A stretch of DNA of 64,000 nt from the NCBI GenBank assembly GCA_963664705.1, contig OY761556.1:6624001-6688000 (forward strand), written 5' to 3'. Below the pieces are notes generated by a model, which was not told where the DNA came from, made no database searches, and saw only the letters and a program-made list of their open reading frames with translations. A program made the position numbers and the translations under genes. The stretch is from Acidobacteriota bacterium. Its GTDB lineage: Bacteria; Acidobacteriota; UBA6911. Each line of letters opens with the position of its first letter. The stretch's first letter is position 1. Of this stretch, positions 12,782 through 23,192 are shown piece by piece.

Positions 12782-13860
12782 ACCACGAAATGCGACGCAA
12801 GACGCCGGAGGAGCTGCTGCTGGAGCTTCATGAGGAAGAGATGGTTTCCAAAGGCCATCTGAAGATTTTTCTTGGCTATGCATCCGGCGTTGGAAAATCG
12901 TTTCGAATGCTTGATGAAGCGAGACGACGCAAAGACAGGGGCCAGGATATCATCGTCGGTGCCGTTCAACCTGGGGTTGCCGAGGATGTCCAGCGGCTGC
13001 TGGATGGACTCGAACTTGTACCATTGCGACAATACGCCCAGGGCAGTGGTCTGGATGTCCCCGCAATATTGTGGCGTAAACCGGAGGTGTGCGTTATCGA
13101 TGGCCTGGCCTTTACCAATCCACCCGGTGCCCGGAATAAAACACGCTGGCAGGATGTTCAGGATCTGGTGAAAGCCGGGATAAAGGTCATTGGATCGATC
13201 AATATTCAGTATATTGAGGAACTGCGGGAAGAGGTGGAGGCCATTACCGGCAAGCATGTGATCGATACGGTACCGACACGATTCATTCTTGGGGCGGATG
13301 AAATTGAAATCGTGGATGCTCCGCCTGAAGAACCAATGGAGCGATCTCCCGAGCAGCAGCTGGATCTTAATAAACGCCAGGAGCGCTATTGCGCATTGCG
13401 GGAGAGGACCCTCGTGCTTGCGGCCGATGTGGTGGATCATCAGCTGAACGGCTATCTGGAAAGACACGGAATCAGACAGAGCTTTGGTGCCCAGGAGCGT
13501 ATTCTTGTATGCATAACGCCTCGTGCAAATGCACAGGAAATGATCCGAGTCGCTCGAGCTATTGCTGACCGGTTTCATGCCGAGATGATGGTTGCCTATG
13601 TCCGGCAACCCGATTTATCACCTGCGGACAGTATCCTGCTTGAGAATAGGCTTGAAGAGGCCCGCTCCATGAGAGCGCAGATTGAAATTTTGGATGGCGA
13701 TGATCCCGTGAAGACCATTCTTGATTTTGCGCAGGCCAGGGGAGTAACGCAGCTCTTTATCGGTCATACTCAGACCGTGAGGAAGTGGCCGTGGAGTGAC
13801 CCGGTTGAAAAGCTGATCATCGGAGCGCGCGGGATGGATGTGCGCATTTTTCCGCAATAA
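12778..13860 (+). CDS. Stand-alone KdpD N-terminal domain + USP protein (copy 1)
   Basis: Walker A GYASGVGKS, TRWQDVQDL, LRERTL, C-terminal USP domain; no TM or HK domain. Confidence 0.88.
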   Translation: MNHEMRRKTPEELLLELHEEEMVSKGHLKIFLGYASGVGKSFRMLDEARRRKDRGQDIIVGAVQPGVAEDVQRLLDGLELVPLRQYAQGSGLDVPAILWRKPEVCVIDGLAFTNPPGARNKTRWQDVQDLVKAGIKVIGSINIQYIEELREEVEAITGKHVIDTVPTRFILGADEIEIVDAPPEEPMERSPEQQLDLNKRQERYCALRERTLVLAADVVDHQLNGYLERHGIRQSFGAQERILVCITPRANAQEMIRVARAIADRFHAEMMVAYVRQPDLSPADSILLENRLEEARSMRAQIEILDGDDPVKTILDFAQARGVTQLFIGHTQTVRKWPWSDPVEKLIIGARGMDVRIFPQ

Positions 13861-13870
13861 AGAGACGATC

Positions 13871-14968
13871 ATGATCGGAGCTGAGCGCGGAAAACTGAAG
13901 CTGTTCATGGGGTATGCCGCGGGCGTCGGCAAGACCTGCCATATGCTCGAAGAAGGACAGGCGCTCAAAACTCGCGGGATCGATATCGTCATTGGTTACT
14001 TCGAGCCTCATGGCAGGAAAGATACGATTGCCAGGACGGAGGGGTTGGAGTTTGTTCCGAGGATGAAGGTGGCCTATCGCGGCTCGGTTTTCGAGGAGAT
14101 GGATGCGGATGCCATTCTTGCCAGGAATCCCCGCGTCTGCCTCGTCGATGAGTTTGCGCATACGAACGTCCCTGGATCTCCCCGTATCAAGCGCTGGGAG
14201 GATGTGGAGTTGCTGCTGACGGCAGGGATCGATGTGCTGACGACCATGAATGTCCAGCATCTCGAGAGTCTCAATGATCAGGTTCGGCAGATTACAGGTA
14301 TCCAGGTGCGCGAGACAATTCCGGATTGGGTTGTGCAGCGGGCAGTCGAGGTTGTCGTAGTCGACCTGTCCCCGCGCGCGCTGCTTCATCGGCTGGAGCG
14401 CGGTGTTATCTATGATCGAGAGAAAGTGGATCTTGCGCTGCAGAATTTCTTCAGGGAATCAACCCTGGTGGCCTTGCGTGAGCTTGCGCTGCGCGAGACT
14501 GCTCACGAAATCGAATATCGGGTAATCAGAGAGGAGCCGCACTCCAGCGCGGATGCGACGGATCTGGTGTCGGGACGCAGGCATAAAATCCTGCTCGTTG
14601 CCACGGAGGATCCAAGGAGTGCGATGTTGATTCGACGCGCCCGACGCGTCAGTGATTATTTGGGAGCCGAGTGTTTTGCCGTGGCCGTCAAAGCGGAGGC
14701 GGGTCCAATGCCGGACGCAAGACGCCAGGCAATAGAAAAACACCTGGATTTAGCGCGCAATATGCAAATTGAAACGAGAGTCCTGGAAGGCCGGGATGAA
14801 GCTCAAACGCTGGTCGACTTTGCGCGCAGGAATCAGGTGACCCAGATATTCCTTGCCCGCCCACGAGAGAAGCCCTTCCTATGGCAGGAAGGGCTTCTGC
14901 AGAAAGTGGTTCGTCTTGCCAGGGATATGCAAATTGTTATTGTTTCGGACCGGGAGCCGGATATGTGA
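13871..14968 (+). CDS. Stand-alone KdpD N-terminal domain + USP protein (copy 2)
   Basis: GYAAGVGKT, VDEFAHTN, TTMNVQHLESLND, ALRELALR, C-terminal USP domain. Confidence 0.9.
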   Translation: MIGAERGKLKLFMGYAAGVGKTCHMLEEGQALKTRGIDIVIGYFEPHGRKDTIARTEGLEFVPRMKVAYRGSVFEEMDADAILARNPRVCLVDEFAHTNVPGSPRIKRWEDVELLLTAGIDVLTTMNVQHLESLNDQVRQITGIQVRETIPDWVVQRAVEVVVVDLSPRALLHRLERGVIYDREKVDLALQNFFRESTLVALRELALRETAHEIEYRVIREEPHSSADATDLVSGRRHKILLVATEDPRSAMLIRRARRVSDYLGAECFAVAVKAEAGPMPDARRQAIEKHLDLARNMQIETRVLEGRDEAQTLVDFARRNQVTQIFLARPREKPFLWQEGLLQKVVRLARDMQIVIVSDREPDM

Positions 14969-15012
14969 AATTCGTGGCGTAGGCTCAGACCTCTTGCGTC
15001 ACGAATTTCACA
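14964..15012. terminator. Inverted repeat between convergent genes (probable bidirectional terminator)
   Basis: TGTGAAATTCGTGGCG ... CGTCACGAATTTCACA, 16-bp arms with one G-U pair. Confidence 0.55.
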
Positions 15013-15031
15013 AGCCGCACAAACGATGCCG

Positions 15032-17290
15032 CTATTTATCCGATGCCTGCGGCAGGGCCCGATCCTGTTTTTTCGCCGAATGCGCCGAGGTTTCTTTGCC
15101 AAGTTCTTCGATAATAGCGGGGGCCTCGGCGGTCCCGAGCGATGACTGCAGCCTCCTCAACGCGATCCGGACAACATCCCGGTGATGCAGTTCGTGGCCA
15201 AGCCCGCGCTTTGTAAGATCGAGCCACAAGTCGTGCAGCAGTTCCATGTCCTCGGGCCAGAGCCTGGGCGGATGCGGGCCGAGGTTGAAGAACACCTGTT
15301 TGCCGGTTTGCTCGTCGAGGATTTCCAGCGAGAGCTGAGGCCGCGGAGGCGGCAGTTTTTCCCAGGCGTCGCCAAATGCTTTTGCCTGTTCCGCCGGCGT
15401 CATTTTTGCCGATAGTCCCATTACCACGAGAGCGGACTTAAGCCGCTGCGCAACCTCTACAATGGCACGGTTATAGTCTCTGCCGGGGACTACAAGAAGC
15501 TCCACATGTTTACCGGCCTTTTCCGCAACCGATACCACTCTCGTGAAGAGCTGGGCAACCTTGTCAGTGAAGATCTGATCCGTATCGAGAGCAAACCCGC
15601 CGCTGCCGTGTCCGGAAGTGCGCTTGACGGTCAAAGCGACAATGTCCAGCTTTCGGGTGTCGACTCTATCGAGCACCCTCGCCAGATGCCTGAGTTCATA
15701 GGGATTCCGGGCGGCAACCAGAACATTGCCCGGACGCACCTTGATGGATTGATGCGAAAGCATTTCCTGGTTTACGAGCCGGAATTTTTCATGTTCATCC
15801 GAGTGGGCTTTCTTTTTGCGGTTGTAGCGCTCCGACAGGGTAAAAATCATGAAGATGGTGATTGTAAATATGAATCCCCATACGGTTGCCACCTTCTTGG
15901 TAAAGAGGTTGACCACCGCAATTGTGAAAAGAGCCAGCGTAATCAATGCCAGGCCCAGGGGGAATTCTTTTCCTGCAATCCGGAAATTCAGCGGAACTTT
16001 CCACTCCGGTTCTTCCGGCTGCTTGTACCGGAGCACCAGGACCGATAGTCCCTGCATGGCAAAACTCCAGACGATTCCGAAAGCATAGGCATCGCCAAGG
16101 AGCTGTATGTTTCCACGCGTCAGGATAATGGTGACGATCTGCAGGGCTACGATCATCGTTATGAGATTAACCGTTGTCCCGTATTTTTTATGCGGATTCC
16201 GAAACCAGTCTGGAAGCACGCCGTCTTCCGCCACACGGTTCAGCACGCCATTGGATCCGACGATGGCTGTATTCACGGCTCCCGATAGTAGAATGGTGCC
16301 AACCACGACCACAAAGGCATGGAATAGAAGTCGCAGCGGGAGCGGACCGACGACGTTCATGGCCAATCCACCGATCAGGTTGTCGATATAAAGGTGCACT
16401 CTCTCGTTGTCCGGGATGATCATGACGGCGAAGAAGGAAACGAGGGATGTGAACACCAGGCTATAGACAAAAATAATGAAGCCGGCGCGTTTGAGATTCT
16501 TGAGCTTGGGCGAGGCAATTTCACGATTCACCTGGGCCAGGCTTTCTTCACCACTCATGGCCAGTACGGAATGGCCCAAACCGATCAGGATGGCAATCAC
16601 GCTCACCTGGGTCCATGCCGATCCCTTCAACCAGCCTACGGCCTCGTCGGTAAAATGGATGTTCTCGATGGTTGGAAATGGCACGGGATTGAATCCGCGC
16701 TGCAGGACCGTAATGACACACCAGACGATCAGTACCACGACCATGACGGTCGTCAACTGCATAATTCGCAGCGCCTTCTGACTGGATTCATGCATCCCGA
16801 TGATGTTCTTGCGCCAGAAATAGAGGGTGACCAGAATCGTAAAAAACGCCGCGAAATAGGGTGGATTTACTTTGCTTCCGGGCGAATGCAGCAGATCGGA
16901 CGTTTCGTTGATCAGCCCCGCCAGGTAAAGCCCCGCGCTGACTCCGCTGATAGGGCCCGTCAGAATATAGTCGAACATCAGGGCTGATACGGAAAACTTC
17001 GCCAGCGTGCTGCCCAGCGCTTCGTGGACGACGCGATACACCCCGCCGCGAACGAACATGCTGCAGCTCTCAACATAGACAGCCCGGACTGCATAGGAGA
17101 ACAGCATGATTCCGAGGATGAACCACGGTGCCGACTTGCCAAGATATCCCTCGGCAATACCCCCTGCGTAATAGGCAGAGGAGCCCAAATCGCAGAGGAC
17201 AATGGCTGCCGCTCGCCAAAAAGAGATGAACGACAGCATGATGGTGGATGCTACAACCACTTTGTTTACAGAATCGTCTCGAGCTTTCAT
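15032..17290 (-). CDS. APC-family permease with C-terminal cytoplasmic domain (KimA/YdaO-like, probable K+ transporter)
   Basis: About 12 TM segments, DLGSSAYY in TM1, SGEESL in TM6, soluble C-terminal domain, adjacent to kdp. Confidence 0.8.
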   Translation of the reverse strand: MKARDDSVNKVVVASTIMLSFISFWRAAAIVLCDLGSSAYYAGGIAEGYLGKSAPWFILGIMLFSYAVRAVYVESCSMFVRGGVYRVVHEALGSTLAKFSVSALMFDYILTGPISGVSAGLYLAGLINETSDLLHSPGSKVNPPYFAAFFTILVTLYFWRKNIIGMHESSQKALRIMQLTTVMVVVLIVWCVITVLQRGFNPVPFPTIENIHFTDEAVGWLKGSAWTQVSVIAILIGLGHSVLAMSGEESLAQVNREIASPKLKNLKRAGFIIFVYSLVFTSLVSFFAVMIIPDNERVHLYIDNLIGGLAMNVVGPLPLRLLFHAFVVVVGTILLSGAVNTAIVGSNGVLNRVAEDGVLPDWFRNPHKKYGTTVNLITMIVALQIVTIILTRGNIQLLGDAYAFGIVWSFAMQGLSVLVLRYKQPEEPEWKVPLNFRIAGKEFPLGLALITLALFTIAVVNLFTKKVATVWGFIFTITIFMIFTLSERYNRKKKAHSDEHEKFRLVNQEMLSHQSIKVRPGNVLVAARNPYELRHLARVLDRVDTRKLDIVALTVKRTSGHGSGGFALDTDQIFTDKVAQLFTRVVSVAEKAGKHVELLVVPGRDYNRAIVEVAQRLKSALVVMGLSAKMTPAEQAKAFGDAWEKLPPPRPQLSLEILDEQTGKQVFFNLGPHPPRLWPEDMELLHDLWLDLTKRGLGHELHHRDVVRIALRRLQSSLGTAEAPAIIEELGKETSAHSAKKQDRALPQASDK

Positions 17291-17330
17291 TGTGTCATCA
17301 CGTCCTAAATGATTCGTATGCAAACGTAGG

Positions 17331-17387
17331 ATGATACCGCCGCGCAACGTGAAGAATTTGTGGATAATTTATAAAGATTTCATGAAG
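17331..17387 (-). promoter_or_regulatory. Putative KdpE box and -10 upstream of the APC permease
   Basis: Minus-strand 17348-17387 matches kdp promoter 7491-7530 at 31 of 40 positions; TATCAT at 17331-17336. Confidence 0.6.
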
Positions 17388-17515
17388 ATTTGGCTGGGGG
17401 TGCCGGCGTGCCCGAATGGGAGCCGTGAAGGGCGGCAGCTTGCTCCCGCCTGACTTGATGTGCCTGCGACGATGGCTCTGTTTCTCTCAGAACGGCTGAA
17501 CAGCGAAACAATACG

Positions 17516-18319
17516 TCAGATGGGATGGGCGGCCAAAAGATGCCGGATCGCTTCCAGCACGCCTTCGCCGATGGCCATGGCCTTGTCCGAAATGTGCCGG
17601 CAGTCGTAACTGCTGTCCTGGGGTTCGATATCTCCGAGCTTTTCGCGCTCATTGATGGGAATCTCCCGGATAAGCCCTCGGAGCGTTCCATCCATGGCGG
17701 CGCGAACAGGAGTATCGTTTACATAAAGAACAACGTCTCCGGTTTTTACGGTATCTCCGATGGATAGCGCGTGGCGTACGGTGCCCGCATGAGGGGCACG
17801 AAGCACTCTCTCCCAGCTATAGCCCGATTTCACCGATGGCGTCCCTGTGAACGGCTCCGTTAGGCCTTCGTAGATGACTCGACCGAGATTGGGACCTCGA
17901 TTGCTTTCCACGACTGCATGAACGACATCCGGGGCAGAGAAGCCCGGACCGATTCCAATGACGGCGCGTGCTTCGTTTCGGAAGGATCCGAGGTTTCTTT
18001 TTGCCAGGATCGCATCAACGACAACATCCGGTTTTAGTTCAGCAATGATCTTCCATTCGGGATCGATCATCACGCCGATTTGCCTCCGGGTCCAGGCCTC
18101 CGCCAACCCAGCCCGGTCGTGAACCAGCGTTCCCAGTACTCCTTCAACTTCGACCTGCCGCTCGTAAATGGCTTCGCAAAACGAGGCCTGCCTGCGGACG
18201 CAGAGTGGTGCGGCGATCTCAATCATGCAGATGCGCGTCATCTCGGCCATAAAAAGGCGATGCGCAATGCCGGAAGCCATTTCCCCGGCTCCTTTGATGA
18301 CAATCGACACGTCCAACAC
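17516..18319 (-). CDS. yqeB: Selenium-dependent molybdenum hydroxylase accessory protein (YqeB/EF2563 family)
   Basis: IKGAGEMASGIAHRL, DAILAKRNLG, ERVLRAP, ISDKAMAIGEGVLEA. Confidence 0.88.
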   Translation of the reverse strand: MLDVSIVIKGAGEMASGIAHRLFMAEMTRICMIEIAAPLCVRRQASFCEAIYERQVEVEGVLGTLVHDRAGLAEAWTRRQIGVMIDPEWKIIAELKPDVVVDAILAKRNLGSFRNEARAVIGIGPGFSAPDVVHAVVESNRGPNLGRVIYEGLTEPFTGTPSVKSGYSWERVLRAPHAGTVRHALSIGDTVKTGDVVLYVNDTPVRAAMDGTLRGLIREIPINEREKLGDIEPQDSSYDCRHISDKAMAIGEGVLEAIRHLLAAHPI

Positions 18320-18439
18320 TCTTTATTCCTCTTCCAGGCCACCGCTATGGTCGCCTGATGCTGATTGATTGAAAAACCGGATGGTCTTGTGCCTGAGGTG
18401 ATTGGCGGCTATCCTGCAGACGCTCTACCCGCGCGGGCG

Positions 18440-19093
18440 CTACACTGCCTCTTTTTGGTTATGAAAATGTCTCAGAACACCTTGCGACAGGACCTTTTTA
18501 GCGACCTCCTGTGTATTATCGAGGTGCACTTTTCTGGAAAGGACCCGTTTGCTCTGTTCGATGTACACAATGCCCAGGAATGTGGACCAGATGACTTCCG
18601 CCAGGGCTCTGTAATCGCAATTGATGAAAACGCCTTGTGCCACGCCGTACTCGACAATCTTATGGTGGAGGGCGACTACTTTTGCACCCGTTTCGTGAAG
18701 AATGTCCCGCAGTTCGGGTGAGAGATTTCCGATTACATCACTTTGATGCAGGTAATACCAGGCCGTGAAGGTAGTGGGATCCTTTTCATAAAATCGATTG
18801 AAGCATTCCCACATTTTGTCCAGGAGTTGATCCTTTGTGTTTTCGCGGTTGTCATAGGCGTCTCTCAATAGCTCGGCAAAATAATCCGAGTGGGCGACGA
18901 CAGCGCTGACCAGAATCTCCTCTTTGTTTTTGAAATAAAGATAAAGGGCCGCACGGCTAAGCTCGGAGCGTTCGGCGATCTTGTCCATTGTAATGGCATG
19001 ATAACCTTCCTCCTCGTAGATCTTCATGGCGGCGTCGATGGCAGATTCGCGCCGTATCTCCCGTTCCCGTGCTCTTCGTTCCATCACTCCCAT
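18440..19093 (-). CDS. TetR/AcrR family regulator
   Basis: HTH TMDKIAERSELSRAALYLYFKNKEEI; AAGGAGG RBS. Confidence 0.9.
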   Translation of the reverse strand: MGVMERRAREREIRRESAIDAAMKIYEEEGYHAITMDKIAERSELSRAALYLYFKNKEEILVSAVVAHSDYFAELLRDAYDNRENTKDQLLDKMWECFNRFYEKDPTTFTAWYYLHQSDVIGNLSPELRDILHETGAKVVALHHKIVEYGVAQGVFINCDYRALAEVIWSTFLGIVYIEQSKRVLSRKVHLDNTQEVAKKVLSQGVLRHFHNQKEAV

Positions 19094-19222
19094 GCGAAAC
19101 GAAACCTCCTTGTCAGAATGAGATGGAGCCCAATCCATGGATACAGCGCCATCTATGCAAGGATCCTACTCCATTTTAGCCCTGATGAGGTAGTGTAATA
19201 CGCCATTGGGAATCGAGGGCTC

Positions 19223-19594
19223 CTAGGTTCCGGATCCCTCGATTTCAGCCAATCGAGCCTTTACCAGTTTTTGGATAAGCGATGTCGGCAATGGTTTGTC
19301 GAGCGGAAAGCGGATGGTGCCTTTTGAGATGGAATAGCGCTTCAGATCGTCCGCGAGGCTTGCGATGACGGAGGCGCCCGGAAACAGGCTGCAATGATCT
19401 TCGAATGCGGCGAACCAGACCAGGATCTTCCTGTATTTGAAGGCCGGCATACGATAGCTGATTGTTTCTGTGGCGTCCTTGGGCGCTGCGTCTCGAATTG
19501 CTTTGCGAACCCGCAGCAGGGTTGTGCGTGCCGGCTCGGGTACTCCGGCAAGGTATGCGTCGATGGTGGTCGGGATCTGTGTCTGCTTTTTCAT
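19223..19594 (-). CDS. DUF1801 (YdhG-like) protein
   Basis: TIDAYL, ETISYRMPAF, SKGTIRFPLDKPLP. Confidence 0.85.
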   Translation of the reverse strand: MKKQTQIPTTIDAYLAGVPEPARTTLLRVRKAIRDAAPKDATETISYRMPAFKYRKILVWFAAFEDHCSLFPGASVIASLADDLKRYSISKGTIRFPLDKPLPTSLIQKLVKARLAEIEGSGT

Positions 19595-19603
19595 GGTTGT
19601 TGA

Positions 19604-21223
19604 TTACCTGGTCTTGCCGGAAAGAACGTGATTGGGATTTACATTGATTGAGGCGGCAAACGGGTCGTTGGCATCTCCGTACGAAACCATTTTGATGCCT
19701 GTCGGCCGGATGGACGGAACCAGGGCCGCATCGCCTTGATCGATGACCTTCTGAGCTGCGAGCACCATGTAGTCCAGGTATTTGGAGCCCACCGGGCCGG
19801 CATTGTGGCCTGTAAAGATCGAATCATACTGGCCGCCGGCTTTTGTCATGAAATTCTTCAGCACTGCCTGATATTCGTCAACATAAAGGCTTCCGGGTAA
19901 TTGAAGCCAGAGTCCTCCCTGGTTGGACTGGGTGCCCGCGGCGTCTCCTGTGAACAGCAGACGTTTTTCCGGACAGACGAAAACCATGCTGCCCTGTGTG
20001 TGGCCGGGGAGCGCATAGGCTTTGAGCGTTACTCCGCCGAAGTCATATACGTCGCCTTCCTTTATGTCTTTGAACGATGAAGGATCGACCTGTTTGGGGA
20101 GTATCCCGTCATCTTTTCGATTCATAAATACGGTTTTGAACTGATTGGCTGAAAAAGCGTGATCCACATGGCCATGGGTGATGATCAATTCGATTGGGAG
20201 TCCGTCCGCATGTTTTTCGACAATGGTCCGTAGATTCCCCTCGCCCATAGCCGTATCGATGACGGCGACTTTGTTTTTGCCCTTCAGGATATAAGCGCAG
20301 TTATACCCGAAATAATCCCGGATGGTGATGACGCCGGGTGCCGGCTCCGTAAGAGTGTATTCGCTTTTATTCGGCTGCCCCTGAAGGTAAAGGTTCATCG
20401 GGTTATAAATGACGGTGGCGAGACCATAGGTAGATGCCCATCCCGAGCCGCCCAATTTGTAAGGCTTGGCGATGATATCGCCGGAAAACACCCCTTCCGT
20501 TGCTTTCCGCATATCTGAAACATACGATGCCGGCAGCGGCTTATAGTTGGACTGCCAAAAATGGCCGCCATAGATTGCATCGAATTCATGCATCCTGCCT
20601 TCCAGTCTTTTGACCGCTGCCAGGTATTCAACGAGCGGTCGCGTACCGTTGATATGGTTCCAGACGTAACCTGAGCCAATGGCATCGCCTGTGAAAATCA
20701 TCCGATCCTTGGCATCGAGGAATGCAACAGATCCCGGCGTATGGCCGGGTATATCGATGACTTCCAGTTCTTTGCCACCCAATGAGATCTTCTGGCCATC
20801 CGCGAGCGGGAGTGTCTTGGATATATCAAAAGGGACCCGCGATCCGGCGTCCTTCTGAGGAAAGTAGATGGTATCAAATTGGTTGGCCTGGCCCGTGTGA
20901 TCGCCGTGGCCGTGAGTAATCAACACAACCACAGGCAGTTTTGTCAGAGTTTTGATATAGGCTGCCAGATCGCCCGAGCCCATCCCGGTGTCAATGAGAG
21001 CCGCTTTTTCCCTTCCTTCCACGAGGTACATACTGTTCCGGTAGGGTTGGTCCGTTGGTTCCTCGACGTGATAGATCCCCGGGGCAAGTTTGGCGGATGC
21101 GTATCCTTTTTCAGGAGCGGTTCCCGCCAGCTTCGCGGCAGGAGCTTTTTGCTGAGCCAGACAGAAAGCAGTCGAGATGACCGAGAGAACCATAATACCG
21201 GCAACATAAGTGAAACGCTTCAT
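19604..21223 (-). CDS. Secreted tandem metallo-beta-lactamase-fold hydrolase
   Basis: Signal peptide MKRFTYVAG..., two THxHxDH motifs, each followed by PGHT and FTGD; GGAGG RBS. The upstream ORF extension runs through a repeat element. Confidence 0.87.
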   Translation of the reverse strand: MKRFTYVAGIMVLSVISTAFCLAQQKAPAAKLAGTAPEKGYASAKLAPGIYHVEEPTDQPYRNSMYLVEGREKAALIDTGMGSGDLAAYIKTLTKLPVVVLITHGHGDHTGQANQFDTIYFPQKDAGSRVPFDISKTLPLADGQKISLGGKELEVIDIPGHTPGSVAFLDAKDRMIFTGDAIGSGYVWNHINGTRPLVEYLAAVKRLEGRMHEFDAIYGGHFWQSNYKPLPASYVSDMRKATEGVFSGDIIAKPYKLGGSGWASTYGLATVIYNPMNLYLQGQPNKSEYTLTEPAPGVITIRDYFGYNCAYILKGKNKVAVIDTAMGEGNLRTIVEKHADGLPIELIITHGHVDHAFSANQFKTVFMNRKDDGILPKQVDPSSFKDIKEGDVYDFGGVTLKAYALPGHTQGSMVFVCPEKRLLFTGDAAGTQSNQGGLWLQLPGSLYVDEYQAVLKNFMTKAGGQYDSIFTGHNAGPVGSKYLDYMVLAAQKVIDQGDAALVPSIRPTGIKMVSYGDANDPFAASINVNPNHVLSGKTR

Positions 21224-21360
21224 GACGACTGCCTCCCTGGTAAAGACTGACCAAATGCTGACGGATGCTCCATCTTCTACCTTGTCGTAACTCCGCTCTT
21301 CGAGTCCTTCGGCGGCATCAGTGCCATGGAAGTGGCTGTGCTCTTGCCGGCGAGATGCCC

Positions 21361-21626
21361 AATGGCATTTACTTTTTTTATAGTCGTTTTTCTTTCGCAC
21401 CTTCAGGCCTCTTTGAGCCCCGAACATAACGCCGGGCTTGCAAGCTCGTCCGGGGCCACTATCTTTCGCGCCTCCGGCGCTTGGTGTCGATGGAACAAAG
21501 TTCCAGCGCCGGAGGCGCGAAAGATAGTAGCCAGGGGTGAGCGGAGCGAACCCCTGGTAGAATAGTGAAAAAATAGGAGCCCTGAAAGGGCGAAAGAACG
21601 GCAATTGCAAAAAAGTAAATGGCATT
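21361..21626. repeat. REPIN/MITE-like palindrome made of two inverted ~120-bp units
   Basis: Perfect 24-bp IR at 21458-21481/21505-21528; outer ends CATTTACTTTTTT and AAAAAAGTAAATG; internal GCCCTGAAAGGGC and CCAGGGG..CCCCTGG hairpins. Confidence 0.75.
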
Positions 21627-21851
21627 GAGCGAGACGCCGGCGCTCACAGTATAACCGCTAAGCTTCCGGCAACGATGAGTCTGCCGGAGGGATCACATTT
21701 ACATTCATTCGGAGATTTTGCATCTTATCCCCCCGGTTTGTGGTCGCCGCGATTATAATCGAGTTCATCATGAAGCGTCGGCCTAAATAGCCGTCGGATT
21801 CGTCTGTGCTCCCAGTATTTATAAACATGAAGGCGTGTCATCGGATTTGAT

Positions 21852-23024
21852 ATGAAACAGAACGTCCCTCGAGCTGTATGGATGCTTGGTTTTGTCAGCC
21901 TGTTCATGGACATATCTTCCGAATTGATTCACAGCCTCCTTCCGGTTTTTATGGTAGCTTCGCTGTCGGCGAGTGCCCTGGATGTTGGTTTGGTGGAAGG
22001 CGTCGCTGAGGCTACCGCCCTTATAACAAAGGTCTTTTCCGGGACACTGAGCGATTACTTCAGAAAGCGCAAATTTCTCACTGTTTTAGGTTATGCGCTG
22101 GGTGCATTCTCAAAGCCCCTGTTTGCCGTGGCCGCCAGCATCCATGCCGTCCTCGCAGCCCGTTTCATTGACCGCATTGGAAAAGGGATGCGCGGCGCGC
22201 CGAGAGATGCGCTGATAGCAGATCTGACTCCCGAGTCAGCCCGGGGCGCTGCCTATGGCTTACGCCAGTCCCTGGATACGGTCGGTGCCTTTATCGGGCC
22301 CTGCCTTGCCGTGGTGTTGATGATTTTGTGGCATGGAAATGTCCGGAGAGCTTTCTGGCTGGCCATTATACCGGGCTTCATCGCGGTCCTTTTGCTGGTA
22401 TTCGGCGTACAGGAACCGGAAGGGACACTTCGGAATATCGGTCGCGGAAGGCCTGTGCGCTGGAGCCTGCTGAAGGATCTGGGACCGGCATATTGGGGGA
22501 TCGTTGCTATCGGGACTGTCTTCACGCTGGCGCGGTTCAGCGAAGCGTTTTTGATACTGCGGGCCAGGCAGACCGGTTTGGCCGATGCCCTGACACCGCT
22601 CGTGCTGGTTTTGATGAATGGGGTGTACGCAGTCTCGGCTTACCCCGCGGGGCGCCTTGCGGATCGAATGAATCGGCGCGCTCTGCTGGCTGCCGGCATC
22701 GTTGTTCTTGCTTTCGCAGAGTTTTTCCTTGGAGTGGCCGGATCATTGTCGCTTTCCGCTCTAGGGGTTGGATTGTGGGGATTGCACCTTGGGTTGGTGC
22801 AGGGATTGCTATCCGCAATGATTGCGGACGTTGCACCGGGAGATCTGCGCGGAACGGCGTTTGGTTTCTTCAACCTTGCCGGCGGCGCCGCCATGCTGGT
22901 GTCAAGCGCTTTGGCTGGACTTTTGTGGGATAAAATTGGTCCAGCCTCTACCTTTCATGCCGGAGCGGCATTTTCCGTAATCGCGCTCCTGCTCGTAATC
23001 CTGTTGAAGCCCAGGAACCGTTGA
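21852..23024 (+). CDS. MFS transporter
   Basis: MDISSELIHSLLP, DRIGKGMRGAPRDALIAD, about 12 TM segments. Confidence 0.9.
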   Translation: MKQNVPRAVWMLGFVSLFMDISSELIHSLLPVFMVASLSASALDVGLVEGVAEATALITKVFSGTLSDYFRKRKFLTVLGYALGAFSKPLFAVAASIHAVLAARFIDRIGKGMRGAPRDALIADLTPESARGAAYGLRQSLDTVGAFIGPCLAVVLMILWHGNVRRAFWLAIIPGFIAVLLLVFGVQEPEGTLRNIGRGRPVRWSLLKDLGPAYWGIVAIGTVFTLARFSEAFLILRARQTGLADALTPLVLVLMNGVYAVSAYPAGRLADRMNRRALLAAGIVVLAFAEFFLGVAGSLSLSALGVGLWGLHLGLVQGLLSAMIADVAPGDLRGTAFGFFNLAGGAAMLVSSALAGLLWDKIGPASTFHAGAAFSVIALLLVILLKPRNR

Positions 23025-23192
23025 TGCGGTATGGTCGAGAGCGCCGCCGTTCCGGCTAATGCCGCATACTATTTGCCCAGGGAACTTTGAATCGCAATGC
23101 ATATCAGCCCCTGCGGGCCTGGTGCTTCACGTCGCAGAATTCAGCACTATTATTATGCGGCATCAGCGCCATGCAAGCAGCCATGCCAAAAC

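Noticed and set aside
21224-21625. N-terminal extension of the MBL hydrolase ORF
   Set aside because: It reads through a palindromic repeat; the signal peptide and RBS point to ATG 21223.
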